A stretch of DNA of 63,876 nucleotides, filler included, from Phoronis australis (GCA_002633005.1; 9 parts of 9 records of this genome joined end to end with filler, not necessarily neighbours in it), one strand, 5' to 3'; shown: positions 48,557-62,837, counted from the whole stretch's first letter. The notes: generated by a model not told the origin, from the letters alone. Translations and numbers: made by a program.

Positions 48557-48814
48557 GGGCCTGTTCCAAGAAACTGACTTACCCGCCGGTAAGTTCATTT
48601 TTGACTTAAGTTTAAGATTTGTCTTAATTTCCAAACTTTGAAACTTCCACGTTAGGCAAGTAAGTCAAATTTTAAACAAAACTTATGTCAAACACTTAAA
48701 ACAAACTTAAGATCTCTTTCTTGAATTGGTTTTGAGACAAATTTAACTTTTATATTAAAATTTACAAATATTTAAGATTTGTCTTAGCTAAGTCAGTTTT
48801 GTTGGAACGGGCCC
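48557..48814. mobile_element. PIF/Harbinger-type MITE
   Basis: TIR GGGCCTGTTCCAA / TTGGAACGGGCCC; TSD CTG. Confidence 0.7.
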
Positions 48815-50608
48815 CTGGACTCCAGCAATAANNNNNNNNNNNNNNNNNNNNNNNNNNNNNNNNNNNNNNNNNNNNTTAATTAATTAANNNNNNNNNNNNN
48901 NNNNNNNNNNNNNNNNNNNNNNNNNNNNNNNTGGCATACTGGTATTTATTGGTTACTGGCTGTTGACGGTAACCTAAACAGTCATTTGTGGACTATCCAA
49001 AGTGATAAGTGTGCCCATAGTGAATAGTTATTGTTCCGTGGACTGTGGACTAACGAGATAGTTTTGATTGTTTTAGAGCTTGTGTTGGCATAATGTTGCT
49101 TTGATTGTACTGGATTATAATGCAGTCTCAACAATGTGAGATTCTTCATCCTCCTTGGTATGGATGTTTCTTGTTGTTGATAAGAGGTATGCATGCTTTT
49201 CTGATAGTGATCATATGTTAGTTACCTTGCCCCCACCCCAGAGTCCTCTGGCAAATATGATTGAAAGTGTTACCATGAATCATTCAGCTATCATTTCTCA
49301 GGCTCCCATCATGTATTAACCGTTAGCGATTGTGTGTTTTGGATCTTGATATGATTGCATGCATGCATGTTCTCTCAAACTGACTTCATAAATTGTCCAA
49401 CAGTTTAACCTGTCATTGCTCCTCCTGTGTTTTAAAGTCATTTGATAGTGTTGTTCATTGTCTTGAGTTAAAAATGTTTTGTCTCATGGTTGCAACCACT
49501 AAAAGCTAGATCATGTGTTCTAAATTATTCTGTCCTCATGAAACCCATGTTGATGGATTGGAAATGTAGCGAATAAACAATATCAAATTGTGTTCAGTAT
49601 TGCGACTTTACTTGGCCCTCTTTCAGATGGGAGTGTCCTGGGGTAGATCTGACAATTGTGACAATATTAAGCTACACGAACAACACTACTCGGGCACTCG
49701 CTTACATGGGTTGCAAACCTGTAAACTCAGGTCACTGAGTGGCAAACAGGGCTCCACTCACCTAAAAGGCCTAACAGCTCGGTCTGAGCCATGTTTCCCA
49801 GGGAAGACATTTTTTTTGGATTTGCAAGTGGAATTTTGTTGGTGCAGTGTGGGCAGTGCTATAAGTTAACTTGTAGGTGATCCTTGTTAATGAATGTGGA
49901 GCTATATGGAAGAGCAGTGTTGTGGGGTACCCTGAGTGTCTAAATTCTCACTGTGAACACTCCCTATTGGAAAAAAAGTTGTTAGATTCGCAGCAGGTAA
50001 TGTTCACATTCCTAAATTTAATTTTGAAAATCCAAGTAAAAAACACTACGTTTCATACATAGGAACAATAATGAATTTATTTATATTTCACGTCAGGAAA
50101 TGCCTCACAGACACCAAATTAGTAACATCAAAACGTTAAATGAGTACAAAAGTGAACAGAAACATGACAGAATGTTCCAAAATGTGTTCCAAGCTTCACC
50201 AAACACTGGGGTGTTGTTATACGCTTTCAGGCGAATCACTGTGCTTACTTTTTGGGTCCTTGACGTCTTGATGTTGGTGTGTTAAGTTCCATGTTAAATC
50301 GGGATTGTATCGAAGAGGTATCGTGCCCTGATACCGGGGTGACATTCGGACGTAACACGAAGTCCCCTGAAAATATTAGCCTTCTGTGATGGTTTGCCGA
50401 TCTATTTTGACACGGAGAAAGGGATCCGGTATGAAAGTTCACAAAACTGCAATGTGGCCAGTCGGATAATCACTGGGCTTTGGTTGCATTTTGCACCGTT
50501 TAGCTGGATAAAAACAAAGATGGAAATGGGTCCTCCACTCTCGTAAAATCGGTCTCCTGATAGAATTCTATTTCCTTACTAACTCGAGTCACGACAGGCA
50601 ATATAATG

Positions 50609-50851
50609 CATACGCGCACCCAGGGGGGGGGGGTCGAACTCTTGGCAAAGTGGGCAAAAAGGTTCGAATGGAAAAACAGAAACTCCGAAAAAAGTAGAAA
50701 ACGCGACGAAAGTCCACTAAAGAGGCAGGAACTAACAAAATTCGGCGAAAGCGCAATTCACAGATGTGAACGTACCATGTAAATCTTAGTAAAAAGATCC
50801 ACATTCTCAAAAATTCGAGCACCCCCATTTTTTAGGCTGGGTGCGTGCATG
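50609..50851. mobile_element. hAT5-like MITE, copy 3
   Basis: CATACGCGCACCCAG / CTGGGTGCGTGCATG; flanks TAATG/AAATG. Confidence 0.65.
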
Positions 50852-53096
50852 AAATGTGTATATGCGTTAATCTGGAATTCGCAATTTCAGCGTCAGCTTA
50901 TCGAGAGTTTTCTCGAGTCGCTAATAGTTTCACTGTTCTTCGGAAACAGTAAGGAATGTATCAACGGTTTAATGAGAGTCTAACGCCTAATTAGATTTTC
51001 GTTTCTTGACAACCACACAGGACCAAATAAAACTTTAATAATATAGCCCATTACCATCACTAAAGTGGACGCGTCTAGGTCTAGTTAAAAGCTTTAGACA
51101 AATGAGAATTGCATCACATAAATAACGAAAAATGCCACTTCTTACGTTCAGGTGGTGATTGGGGTCGATCTTCGTCACCGCGTGCATCCCTGAGTAAGTC
51201 TGAAAGGTAATCAAAGACATTTGAATGGTATGTGCATTCTGAACTACCGAATTTTAATTGAAGATTTGAATTACGCTAATGGAGACAACTAAAGAGAGGA
51301 TGGGGGGGGGGGGGGGGGGGNAGACGTGAAATCGTTATCGATTGGGCAAGTGGAAATGCAATATTTCGTCGGACATGAGGACTCACTAGCATGCAGAGGT
51401 TTGGTGATGCTAGGGGGGAATTTTTATTGGATGTTTCTCTCTCTACTCAAATGCATGGATCCTAATACCAAGACTTATGAAACATAACACAAAAACTGTA
51501 ATAAATTTATCTACAAATTAGTCACAATTTAAAACAAAATATTGTTTATTCATGAAATGCCCTCCAATGTGGATGCCTGGGGCAGTTGGCCTCACGTTAT
51601 GGACTGCTGGGCTCTCCAAAATCCACGAAGGTCGAGANNNNNNNNNNNNNNNNNNNNNNNNNNNNNNNNNNNNNNNNNNNNTTAATTAATTAANNNNNNN
51701 NNNNNNNNNNNNNNNNNNNNNNNNNNNNNNNNNNNNNTCCAGTTAACTGAAAAAATGCACTTGAGTCATGTAGCGTGATGGCTGAAGTTTTAAGTCAGAG
51801 TCTGGGTAGAGTCCAGAGACCTTGGCTCCGACCCGTTGATCAGAGATATTTGTAGCCGTGGTAACAATAATGCTCCAGCTCGATGCATCTCTTACGGAAT
51901 TAGCCGATTTCTATGATATTTAAGGAACGACATTTTCAAAACAAAGTGTCCGAAGTACGCGTCTGAGTTTTAATTAATCTGTTTTCAGATTAAATTTTAA
52001 TTTTAGAAAAATAGTACTTAGAAGACACTTAGCCACATCCTACTCCAAAACCAAACATACCACAACCAACAAATTTTTCATTTGGCTTCCTAACTTGCGA
52101 ATCATGCATTCAAGTGTATTTGGGGCTTGCTTTAGAGGTATCGACGTTTAATTCGTCTAAATCGTGCGTCTGTGGTTGTAGATTGTTGATGACAAGCAAA
52201 ACTGTATAGTTACAACACTTGTTTACAACAGGCTATTTTTAGATGGATTGTTTCGTCGTACCTTGTGTTTAAGGTCATGTAGACGCCTAGAGAGATGTGC
52301 AAATTTGGGTGATTTCGGAACGCCATAGTCTCAGAAATAACATTTAGAATACATATGGAATTTTTACATACATCATTCTCCAAAAATGCTGCTGAAATAG
52401 CCTTTAATTTTTTTTATTTTTTAATGAGAGGCTATTAAAATATGGCTTTTATAACTATTACAAAAAACTGTTGCATAAAATGAAAACGAAACGACGTTTA
52501 AGAAAACTAAATAACAAAATTTTGAGTTCATCTTGAATTTTTATATCCAATAATATTTAGTCATGTTATTTATACCATTGTTCCTGTAATCAATGTACCT
52601 TTTTTCTTGGTGAACTTTACTAAAAAGATTGTTACGTGACCCAATTAATGACACTGACATAAATTCAAAAATAAAAGCATACTGGCTTTCCACTTTCAGA
52701 AAACAAACATATACTTTCACAGAGCTAATTTCAACAGTTTTGTGAGTATTGGTCAAATGCACAGCCTTGTCGACGAGGAACTTTATACGTGTAGCCCTTC
52801 ACGCCGCCGTACCCCTCTGTAGGTAGACGTGTCTTGGTACTATATGCAGATGAATTGCCTCCTTCTAAGGAATGCACATATTAAGACGAAAAATATGAAT
52901 ATTACACCACTTACTGCTGTAAAACATATAGTTTTTTAGAATTAAAAAGGCAATTGTTTTGTCAAATTTTAAAAAATTGTGTGACATGTGTAGGGTATCG
53001 TCAACTCCGATTTAATCTAAGCAGAGTGAATGCTGAGCAAAACTTCTTCATTTGCAAAGACAGGAGTTAACTGTACTTGCTCGACTTCGAATTTCT

Positions 53097-53364
53097 CTAA
53101 ACTTTATAATAATACAAATAATATGTCCATGGTTCCGGTACGTAAAAAATTCCGGTATATTTATGTCGCATGGCTTTGTCATCCCACAGAAAACCGACCC
53201 ACGTGACCACGAACACGTGCGCTAGCAGGGTAGTCCAGAATAAAAAAGTCCCATTGCTGTCCAGGTTTTCATTGTGGCACATACTAGTGTATGCTGTATA
53301 GATCATCATGAACAGGAACATGGCGAAGAACGCTGGGAAAATCTGCCCTTCTGTTGCTAAGTAC
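53097..53364 (-). CDS. CLN6: Last coding exon of a CLN6 homologue (ER membrane protein)
   Basis: YLATEGQIF...LDSNGTFLF...WVGFLWDD..MRHKYTGIFYVPEPW matches the CLN6 C-terminus; polypyrimidine-ag acceptor. Confidence 0.85.
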
Positions 53365-53490
53365 CTAGAACACAAAGAGGAAGAATCTTTGCAAGCAATC
53401 TTTTATATTTCAATAAAATAGCTACATGTACAAAAATGTCCCTGAGAGCTCACGACAAAATTTATTTCAAGCATCTACATGCATTTGTTA

Positions 53491-53700
53491 GGAGGCATTG
53501 TGGCTTAGTGTCCGGTCGTGGGTTCGAGTCTCACTGGGACACAATGTTAGACCCTTGTGTCAGGTCTCTAGCTCCTTAGCTCAAGTTTAACTATATATTA
53601 ATAAAGGGTAAATGATGAGCGCAATTGGCCCACCTGAACGGCCTGCGCACGCCTAGTACGGGTCTACAAAGTGTCAGTACCAGATGGCCTGTAATTATTT
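53491..53700 (+). mobile_element. tRNA-derived SINE
   Basis: A-box TGGCTTAGTG, B-box GGTTCGAGTC and an AT-rich tail. Confidence 0.55.
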
Positions 53701-54434
53701 TTTTATTTTTACATGCATTTTTGCAGTGTAAAAGTGCAAATTTCAGCGTATACAGATGTGCCGTTAATGAAGAAGTAGTTTAGGAATCAGTTCGAAGTCT
53801 ACTTGACTTGTAGCGTTATATGAATCATTACGGGATGTTTTCAACTGGCGTCGCAGCGCCACATGGCGGCAACTGAAGCCGTCCTCTTGGTGTAGTGTGT
53901 GGAAATGAACTGGATCAAATTTTCGTAATTTTTTTTAAGCAAGGCGATTGACGCAATTTCCCTCGTTATCCTACATAAGGACGGCAGTTGGATTGCCACG
54001 GAGAATATAAAGTCTCCTTCGACGCCATCTTTGAAAAGCACTGATTAATTGGTTCATGTTTTGGGGTAGAACCCTCGGTTATGTTTTTAATAGGGCGAGT
54101 TAGCGTGTTCCTATTACACAAATGATCAAACCATAGACCGAAGAGAATTCATGGAATACTTGAAGAGAATGATTCACTGCCGATAAATTACTTGCAGTTT
54201 GAAGTATTGTGCATTCGGCTTGACTTGCAATAAAAAGCTAAGCGGGTTTTAAAACGAGGGTAGGTAACTTTAAAGCTGTGCAGTTAACGATTTTCCTAAC
54301 ATGAACAATAAATAAATAAATAAATATATATATANNNNNNNNNNNNNNNNNNNNNNNNNNNNNNNNNNNNNNNNNNNNTTAATTAATTAANNNNNNNNNN
54401 NNNNNNNNNNNNNNNNNNNNNNNNNNNNNNNNNN

Positions 54435-56429
54435 TACACCGACTAGAAACGTTGCGTGTAGTGAACAGCTTGGTGCCTCGAATAGTGACAGTTGTGAGAA
54501 TAGAAGTGACCCTGCAGTTCGCCCCGACATACGCATCAGGTACAAAGTCCTCCCATCGGATGAATGGGTTACAGATACCGTGCTAAGTCGTGAGGGAAAA
54601 CTTTCGGGAAAGTATAAAGACCGGTTTAGTGTGCGGTTAGATGACGGTGGAGAAGAATTGGGCGTTGATCTTGCGAATGGGAAACTATTGCCGAGAAAGA
54701 AATAAATCTCGTGCTTGTTCCCAAATCGCGTCACAACGAGTCCGATTGCGTTATTGCGAAACAAGTTGAACTTGACGAGTTCGGTACCTACGAAGAGGTA
54801 AATGACAACGGACAAAATAGCGTGTCCACCACCTGGGTTTTGTGGAATAAAGGTGATCAAGTGCGAGCGAGATTGGTCGCCAGAGGCTTTGAGGAGCAGG
54901 CAGACGTGCCGCGGGACTCGCTCGCCATTGGTTAAAAGTGCATTGCGGGTGTTTTTGGCAGTGGCCGCTGCAAAAATTTGGACTCTCAAAACCACTGACA
55001 TCAAGTCTGCGTTTTTGCAAGGTCGTAAACTTGAACGCGATATTTTTATCGTTCCGCCGCCTGAGACGAAATGCGCCGAGAAACTGGAAGTTGAACCGCT
55101 GCCAATATGGATTGAATGATGCTGCTCGTCAATTCTTTGAGAGCGTGTGTGAAGAGCTGCAGAAGTTGGGTTGTACCCAGTNGTCATCCCATGATCCCGC
55201 CCTGTTTACTTTCCGCAAGGACGGTCGACTAGTAGGTATGTTATGCAGTCACATTGACAATTTTTTGCATTGCGGCGAAAACTGGTTTGACATGTTGGTC
55301 ATAGCTCGTTTGCGCGAACGCTTTACGGCTGGAAAGTTGGAGGAAGGCGGCCATTTCAAATTAATCGGTTTTCATGTAAAGCAAACTGACGGGAGTATTG
55401 TTCTGGATCAAATCGACTATACTCGCGATTTGGAAATGATTGACGTTCCTCCTGAAAGATTTAATCACAAAAGTGACATGTTGAACACGAACGAACAAAC
55501 CCTGTGCGTATCGTCGGGAGTTTGAATTGGGCCGTACAAGGCTTCCGACCGGAACTGGCGTATGATCTGATCGAGTTGAGCTTGAAGTTCAAAACTGCCA
55601 ATGTTGGTGATCTCAAGCGAGCTTTGAAAGTAGTAAAAAGACTGAAAGACTGTGATTCATTTGTGAGTGACTGGCAGTTGACTGTTTTTAGCGACGCTGG
55701 TCATGCGAATCTGCGATGGTGTAAGCAGTGTTGGCGCGCACATTATCTTTCTTGAGGGCGATAACATTAAATGTTGCCCCCTATCATGGGTGACCAACAA
55801 GATAAAACGGGTGGTGCGGTCCACTATCGCGGCTGAAGTCCTCAGTTTGGAGAAAGCATAGGAGGACGCCATCTATTTGCGCAGTTTACTGGAAGATTTG
55901 TTGGGACTGCCTCCAAAATCAATTCCCATTGTCGCATTCGTGGACAATAAGAGTGTTGTCGAGGCCGTTCATTCGACCAAGTTGGTTGACGATAAACGCT
56001 TGCGGCTTGACATTAGTGCGATAACACAGTCGTTACAAACCAAGGATGTAAACTATATCAAGTGGTGTCCTGGTCATCAGCAGTTAGCGAACTGTATGAC
56101 GAAGCGTGGTGCTTCGTCTGTGAATATTCTTAATGCTATCCAAACCGGACAGTTATAGACTTTCACATTAGTTTAGTCAGTTTTTACTTTAAGTTTTTCT
56201 GTTCATATATTTCCCCACTTTTTACTGCCATCCTCACCATAAAAGAAAAAGGAGTGAGTGTTGGTGTTAAGCTTTGTATTAGCCGCCAGGCGTCTCTGGT
56301 GTTTAACCTCTCCCCACTGGCTGGAGGAGCGTTCCAGAGCGTCCATGTTGGTGGACTGTTCACGTTTATTGTGCTGGCGAATATAATCACTTGTTAGGGA
56401 CATTTGCGTTGTCTTTGAGCGAACTAACA
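54435..56429 (+). mobile_element. 3' part of a decayed Ty1/Copia retrotransposon (RT-RNaseH, PPT, LTR)
   Basis: ARLVARGFEE, DIKSAFLQG, YGLNDA, HIDNF, FSDA, RSTIAAE, VDNKS and QLANCMTK motifs with frameshifts; PPT AAAAGAAAAAGGAG; LTR TGTT...AACA at 56259-56429. Confidence 0.85.
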
Positions 56430-56559
56430 CAAGTAATAATTATTTCGCTTTAAGGTTGTCCTAAAACTCAACTAAAGTCACCTCAAATCTTGTTACATTC
56501 ATTATCAAACCATTCATTGTTTTCAAAACGATTTTGTTGTCACTACTTGATGCATAAAC

Positions 56560-56872
56560 ATTTACACATGCACTCCTCTCTCAACTGTAATGTCTAGAAT
56601 TTTGAAGTTACTTCTATGGTCACTTCTGTACTGATGGATATAATGTTCTACATATTTATTCAACAACACAACCACTTCTCTTGAATTGCTCTTGTAAGAA
56701 CTAAAGTAGTAAGAAAATCGTCACTGACATTGATTGTGGTTTCAAGTTCGTTCAGAAAATGAGCTTCCGGCAGACAGTAGATATTGAAAGGTTTTTTCCT
56801 CCAATACTTCAGGGCGTCTAATCTCTTATTTGGGCTTCCAATTCCACAAAAAATTCGGCAAAGGGTTTCCAT
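56560..56872 (-). pseudogene. L1/Tx1 endonuclease fragment
   Basis: NIYCLPEAHF (CLQETH-like) and an SDH-like remnant. Confidence 0.45.
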
Positions 56873-57100
56873 AAAGGTGATAATTCATGGGAAAATACTA
56901 CTTAATTCTTTTTAATGTACACTGGACTCATCATTACGATGGTTGCAATACATATAAGTTCAACAAAGTACGTGTTTGTACCAGTGTTTATTATATCGAG
57001 ATTCGTTATATGCAAAAGTTTTTGAACAAGGTTGAAGTCTTTTTTTATATAACTCAATAACTATTTAAGTTTTGATATTTGTATTGTCTCTATTTTTAAG

Positions 57101-57705
57101 GCACCCCATATACGGGACTCCTACTGGTGAGACCAAAAAACACCCAGAATAGTTTCATTGTCTCCTGTGACAGCGGTTGGACAGTTATTCAGCGCAGGTT
57201 CGACGGAAGTTTGGATTTCCACAGAACATGGGTGGACTACAAAGTTGGTTTTGGGGAACTGGACGGCGAAATGTGGCTCGGCAACGACAAAGTATATTAC
57301 ATCACTCAGCAGGCTCATTATAAAATAAAGTGTATTATGACGCTTTTTGATGGCGAGCAATTAACATGTGAGCACAATGCTTTTGCAATTGCCAGCGAGG
57401 CCGAGAAGTACAAGGTGACTGTGTCAAATGTGTTTCAGGTGAATGGTAAAACACATTGCATTGGGTATCTCAACGGCATAATGTTCTCTACCATTGACTC
57501 TAAAAATTCTGGGAGACATAAAAATTGTCCTAAAAATACGCTTGGTGATTGGTGGTTCGAAAATTGTGGTCCTGTCACCCTCAATAACTTATACCCCTTC
57601 CACGGTAATTGTTCGTTGCCGCACATTAGCATGTGTATGAGGACAAAATTTAAAAGGACATATATATTATTAAGTCGCTCGGTCATGCAAATAAAGAGAG
57701 TTTGA
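57101..57705 (+). CDS. Terminal exon encoding a fibrinogen C-terminal (FReD) domain
   Basis: GWTVIQRRFDGSLDFHRTWVDYKVGFGELDGEMWLGNDK...FSTIDS...NC...WWFENC; tttttaag acceptor at 57100. Confidence 0.85.
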
Positions 57706-58679
57706 AGAGTTTCAACTTTGGGAAGAAAAATGGACAGACGCGAGAGAAATTAGCCACTCTTAAACTATATGTGGATTCCCGAAATAAATGATTTATTAAT
57801 CTTGCTAAAAACTTTTTTGGATAAATATTTCAAGAACATACATGAAAGGTGCTTTCGTTTGGCTTTGGAGCTATTTTTAAGATCTTAAAAGCTTATAATT
57901 ATTACAAACTGAAATTGCTTAAAGAACACCAGACATACTGTCTGCTAATAAGTTATTACAAAAACCATAAGACTCTAGCCCTGGGTACAGTTCAGTAACG
58001 ATGGAACCTACGCTAGGACCTCGATAAAAGCAAAACTGTGCCATATGACGTAAGATATTGCCGTGTACTTACATATAATGAACTCTACCCTGGAATGCTA
58101 ACTCCAGAATGTGACCAATGCGTTCTGATTAGAGCTTGCGACCCCGAGACTAATCGCAAGAGTTTGCACTATATATTTCGGTCTGTCTGATCGATTGTTG
58201 TAGTTATGAAATCAAGACTAATTTCATTACTTCGTTTTCATTTTGACAAATTTTCATCAAGCGAGAATCTTGAGCTACGGTTTTATACAACCAGGAATTT
58301 CCCAGCGAAGTTAGTAAACAGACCCGACCATTACATTGGTCATTCTCTATACGCACCAAACCGTGGCCCAGGCCCGAAACAATCTAGCCTCTGATATCTT
58401 TCATCTCCAATCTTAAAACCAATTTCGATAACCTCTCAAAATATATTCTAGGAGTAATTCACAAATTATTTTTGGATGATAAAACCGTGTCACTGTGTTT
58501 TGCGGAAAGAAGTCGCNNNNNNNNNNNNNNNNNNNNNNNNNNNNNNNNNNNNNNNNNNNNTTAATTAATTAANNNNNNNNNNNNNNNNNNNNNNNNNNNN
58601 NNNNNNNNNNNNNNNNAGCCTCGTCTTGAGCAATAATGAACTGTCAGCTCTTTCCAAGCCCTGAAATCACATCTATTTT

Positions 58680-58760
58680 GACTAAGGAACAAACTGTGAC
58701 CAATTTGACTAAGGAACAAACTGTGACCAATTTGACTTAGGAACAAACTGTGACCAATTT
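58680..58760. repeat. 27-bp minisatellite, 3 copies
   Basis: GACTAAGGAACAAACTGTGACCAATTT. Confidence 0.9.
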
Positions 58761-59086
58761 CATGACTGTAAGTAGTCTAAATCAAAAAAAAAATTGTGGA
58801 AATTAGGTTTATAACATGCTGTCATATCAAAAACATCGTATATATCATATACATGGTATATATCATCTACATCGTATATGATGGTAGTTTTCAAATAAAT
58901 TTGAAGTTAGGGCAGAAACCAAGAAGGAAGCCGACAAGAAATAACAGTTATCTAAGTCATGCTGAAAATTGTCCAGGCAGTTTGGGTTCTAAATTTCAGG
59001 GATTCTGATATGCAGAAATGCTGTCAGAACTTGTGTGAAAACTGTCATCATGTTTCACGTGTTGTTTATAATTCTTGGTTTTGCAG

Positions 59087-59182
59087 GTAACAGGTGTTGG
59101 TTATAATAACGATGGGTCAGTTCTTCACAATAACAAAGTCATACACTATAATACTCATCCATCGTTGGCAAAACTTGTGGAG
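59087..59182 (+). CDS. ATP2C1: SPCA-type Ca2+/Mn2+ P-type ATPase, exon
   Basis: VTGVGYN...HPSLAKLVE; ag/gt boundaries. Confidence 0.8.
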
Positions 59183-59261
59183 GTAGTGTAATGTTTTAAC
59201 ATTTGTTAACTACTTAAGTACACAGCAAAAGTTTTCGAACAAAATGTCCCAGAATTCCCCA

Positions 59262-59385
59262 TCATGACGACTGGGTGGAAGCTGAATTCATCGTCATGAC
59301 GACTGGGTGGAAGCTGAATTCATGTCATGACGACTGGGTGGAAGCTGAATTCATGTCATGACGACTGGGTGGAAGCTAAATTCAT
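59262..59385. repeat. Minisatellite of about 31 bp, 4 copies (intronic)
   Basis: TCATGACGACTGGGTGGAAGCTGAATTCATG. Confidence 0.9.
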
Positions 59386-59888
59386 TATCAGAGTAGCCTT
59401 TCTTTGTAAGGAAGAAAGATGGGGAATCAGCATGAAGGTTAGAAACTTACCTGGCTTAGCCGTTTTGTAATTAGAAATTTGCTGCTTATGTAGTCATTAC
59501 CAGTTATATTTGCTGTTAACAAAATTAGCTGTCGAGATGGGGAAACAGAATTTTGTCCGATTATTCTGTCCTGTAATGTAGGATGTTACCGTCCTTTGAA
59601 GATTTTCATCATTTCGTTGTGTGTCTTTGACACATGTGGTTTATCAGTTTTGTTGCGTTCATTGCACAGTTGATAATCTAAAATATGATTATCCAGCTCT
59701 CGTGTATTGATGTTTGGAATAAAATTTAAAGTATTCTAATCTGTGTGAAGAAGTTTGTTGTTTTGTTATGATATTAGCTTAAAAAGGAGCTTACGAGAAC
59801 CTTGTTGACCTTCAGCTTTTTCAATAATTGGGTACATATTAAATGCATGTATTCCGTGACTAGTCACTGTCTGGTAACAATTTTACAG

Positions 59889-59978
59889 GTAGGAGTTCTG
59901 TGTAATAATGCAGATATTGAGAGTGGGCAACTCAGGGGCCAGCCCACAGAGGGAGCTTTAGTAGCTGTTGCTCTCAAG
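59889..59978 (+). CDS. ATP2C1: ATP2C1 exon
   Basis: VGVLCNNA...GQPTEGALVAVALK. Confidence 0.9.
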
Positions 59979-60451
59979 GTATAGTTGTGTTGATTGTCAC
60001 TGAATTAGGCGCAATGTTTCAGAACTGAGAGTATGTATGGAATGCCAGTGGAGCAGTTCATTAGTACTTATTTCACCTTTCACTGGAAAAGCAGAGTTTT
60101 GACGTGTAAGAAAAGGTTGTGGGTGGAAGGGGTTTATTTAAGATACTAGTTTGTCTTTTGGACGTGTGGTTTCTCATCGCTTGATCCGCACTCATTTGAT
60201 ATGGCAAGTTATCAGATACAATATGCAACACACACACGCACACGCGCACACACACACGCACACGCGCACACACACACAGCAGCATTATTTGTGCAAAAGT
60301 GATTTGTTTTGTAAAATTAGAAGTTAGTAGTACTTTTGTCAAATAGCTAATAAAGTTATATTTTATGTAGCACATAATGCATGGTCAGTTTGTGTTGATT
60401 TTAGTCAAGTGTCAATCTTGCTGTATATTCTGTGTTGCTGTTCTTTTTTAG

Positions 60452-60550
60452 CTTGGACTGCCAGATGTAAAGAAATCGTATATGAGATTAGAAGAATGGC
60501 CGTTCAATCACGACACAAAGCAGATGGTTGTCAAATGTAAATCAAACAAG
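60452..60550 (+). CDS. ATP2C1: ATP2C1 exon
   Basis: LGLPDVKKSYMRLEEWPFNHDTKQMVVKC. Confidence 0.85.
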
Positions 60551-61108
60551 GTAAGTGTAAGTGGTTGGGCATCCAGGTTTTACGATACTATAGTCAGATT
60601 GCACAATGGTTTTATATTAGCTAACATCCAATTTGTCTTTCCACCGTGAGCAATCTTGGAACCGTGACCACCAAATTTCACAAGAGACTTGACCAAACAT
60701 AGTGTGAAAAAAATTCTTGAATTGTGACATAGGATTCTTGGTTATTTTTTAGTCAGATCTTGAGTAAAGTTTTGGTGTCGTAGGCCCAGATATCTGGGAT
60801 TCTACCTGCTCTATGTAATCCAGGTGATATTCAGTGACTGTGTTGAATTACCAGTGTTACGGTCTTGCTGCTCTAATAGATTACTATAGAAAGTCTGAGC
60901 TAGTTCCAACCTCTGGCTGTTTTCTCATGAATTTACGAATAGTGTCATACAACCTTCACAATATGGTAGTAAACTAAAGATAGTAAGGATAACTACGCTT
61001 CATGGTACTCATAGCTGTCTGTTTTTCCTTAAACTTGATTGCATATAGCTAACTTAAGTTTGTTTTTAAGAATTTAGCTTAAAATTTCTATGCTTGCTCT
61101 TTACCCAG

Positions 61109-61262
61109 GGTGAAGAAATATATTTTGTGAAAGGTGCTGTCCAGAATGTTCTAGAACAGTGCTCAAAGTACTACTTTAAAGGAGCTGGTCTCCCTCTATC
61201 ACAACAAGCAAAAGACCAGTTTAAATACGAGGCCTCGCGACTTGGACTATCAGGGTTAAGAG
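61109..61262 (+). CDS. ATP2C1: ATP2C1 exon
   Basis: EIYFVKGA (nucleotide-binding KGA)...GLSGLR. Confidence 0.9.
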
Positions 61263-61545
61263 GTAGGAATTTCTGCGGCACACTTTCTATAACTCTTAAC
61301 CAAGACAATGCTTTCCTGTTTCCAGGCACCCATTTTGTCTAAAGTCGTAGCCACATGACTGCCAGCACGAAGCAGTTACTTTTTTCAAAAGGGTGGGTGA
61401 AAGTGAGGTAAATTTTACTGCAATTGACATTGACACTTAACTCCATTCAGACCTGTATGTCAGTCAAATGCCCACCTTAGTTGAAATATTATAAATGATG
61501 TCATCCATTAGTCGCATGACCTGTGATTGTTCACGTGTTTTTTAG

Positions 61546-61716
61546 TACTTGCTATGGCCTATGGTCATCGACCAATGGAGCTGGTGTATGTTGGACTGGT
61601 CGGCATAATAGACCCCCCACGGCCAGGTGTGAGGGAGGCCATAGTGACGCTAATCAGCAGTGGAGTGTCGGTCAAAATGGTGACTGGAGATGCAGAAGAA
61701 ACGGCGCAGGCAATAG
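61546..61716 (+). CDS. ATP2C1: ATP2C1 exon
   Basis: VLAMA...[13 protein letters not shown]...VKMVTGD. Confidence 0.9.
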
Positions 61717-62837
61717 GTGAGTTGGTAAAATAGAGATTGATTTTGTTTGTNNNNNNNNNNNNNNNNNNNNNNNNNNNNNNNNNNNNNNNNNNNNTTAATT
61801 AATTAANNNNNNNNNNNNNNNNNNNNNNNNNNNNNNNNNNNNNNNNNNNNGAGATTGCAACGGCCATCATAACTGTCAATGTAAAAGTAGTTGGGGAACT
61901 TGGCTTGTATACTTTTGTTGATGATGAGACTGTAAAGGGCTTGATGGATGTTCATGGAGTTTAACATATGAGTTTATTAATGAGAAGACCGATTCCTTTT
62001 TGGACAACTGGCTTTGCACCCCCAAGAGGCTATATAAGTTTAGTAGTATTTCTCCCTCTAGTGGGAGTGTTTGAAATATTCGTCATTCCTTGTGTCTGTG
62101 TTGTGTGCCATGCACATGGTGGGTGCATATCAACACTCAGCCTTGTTCTTGTTTCTGTCAACACCTGTCTTTTAGCACTGTGTTAATGGAAGTGCTTCAG
62201 GCATGTGTATGAGTTTAAGGTCAAACTAGATCACATGTCCTTGCAAAGGCTGGGAGATAATGTCCTTGTATTGACTTCAAACAATGTCAAAGTACAAAGT
62301 TAAGTCTTGAAGCAACATTGGCCATGCACTGAAAACATCAAAAGAATTACTGAATAGTTAATACCATGGGTGAAATTGCATCTTCACTTTGATTCCCAAG
62401 AGTCTCAGGTCATCAGTTGGCAATGGCTTATGCTTTCTCCATATTTATACGTCTGCTATGAATTTGTGGTGTATGTATGGCATAGCTAAGTGAATCGCTG
62501 AATTACTGAATGCCTAATTGTAAGCTTGTTGCTGTCATTGCAAGATAAATAGGACCTGTCAAATGGTACATGATTTTGAAGAAAATTGCTCTTAAAATTA
62601 GTTCATTGGCTCCAGTAGGGAATTGAGAACAATGANTTAACTATGGACTTTTCCTGTTTTTCAGTGTTTCAATGTGCCTAGACAAGCTATTGTATTACAT
62701 AGGTTCTCTGTTGAGGATGCGTCTGTCACTGGTATTATCATTTGCTTTTTGTTTGTTTCAAAACGAAGACCAAGAACTGCACAGTCTCTCTTACTCAGCC
62801 ATAGTTTTTTCTGTCGTAATTTTTTAGCTAGGGTAAT

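Noticed and set aside
53491-53550. Possible tRNA gene
   Set aside because: A and B boxes are too close, there is no cloverleaf, and a SINE-like body follows
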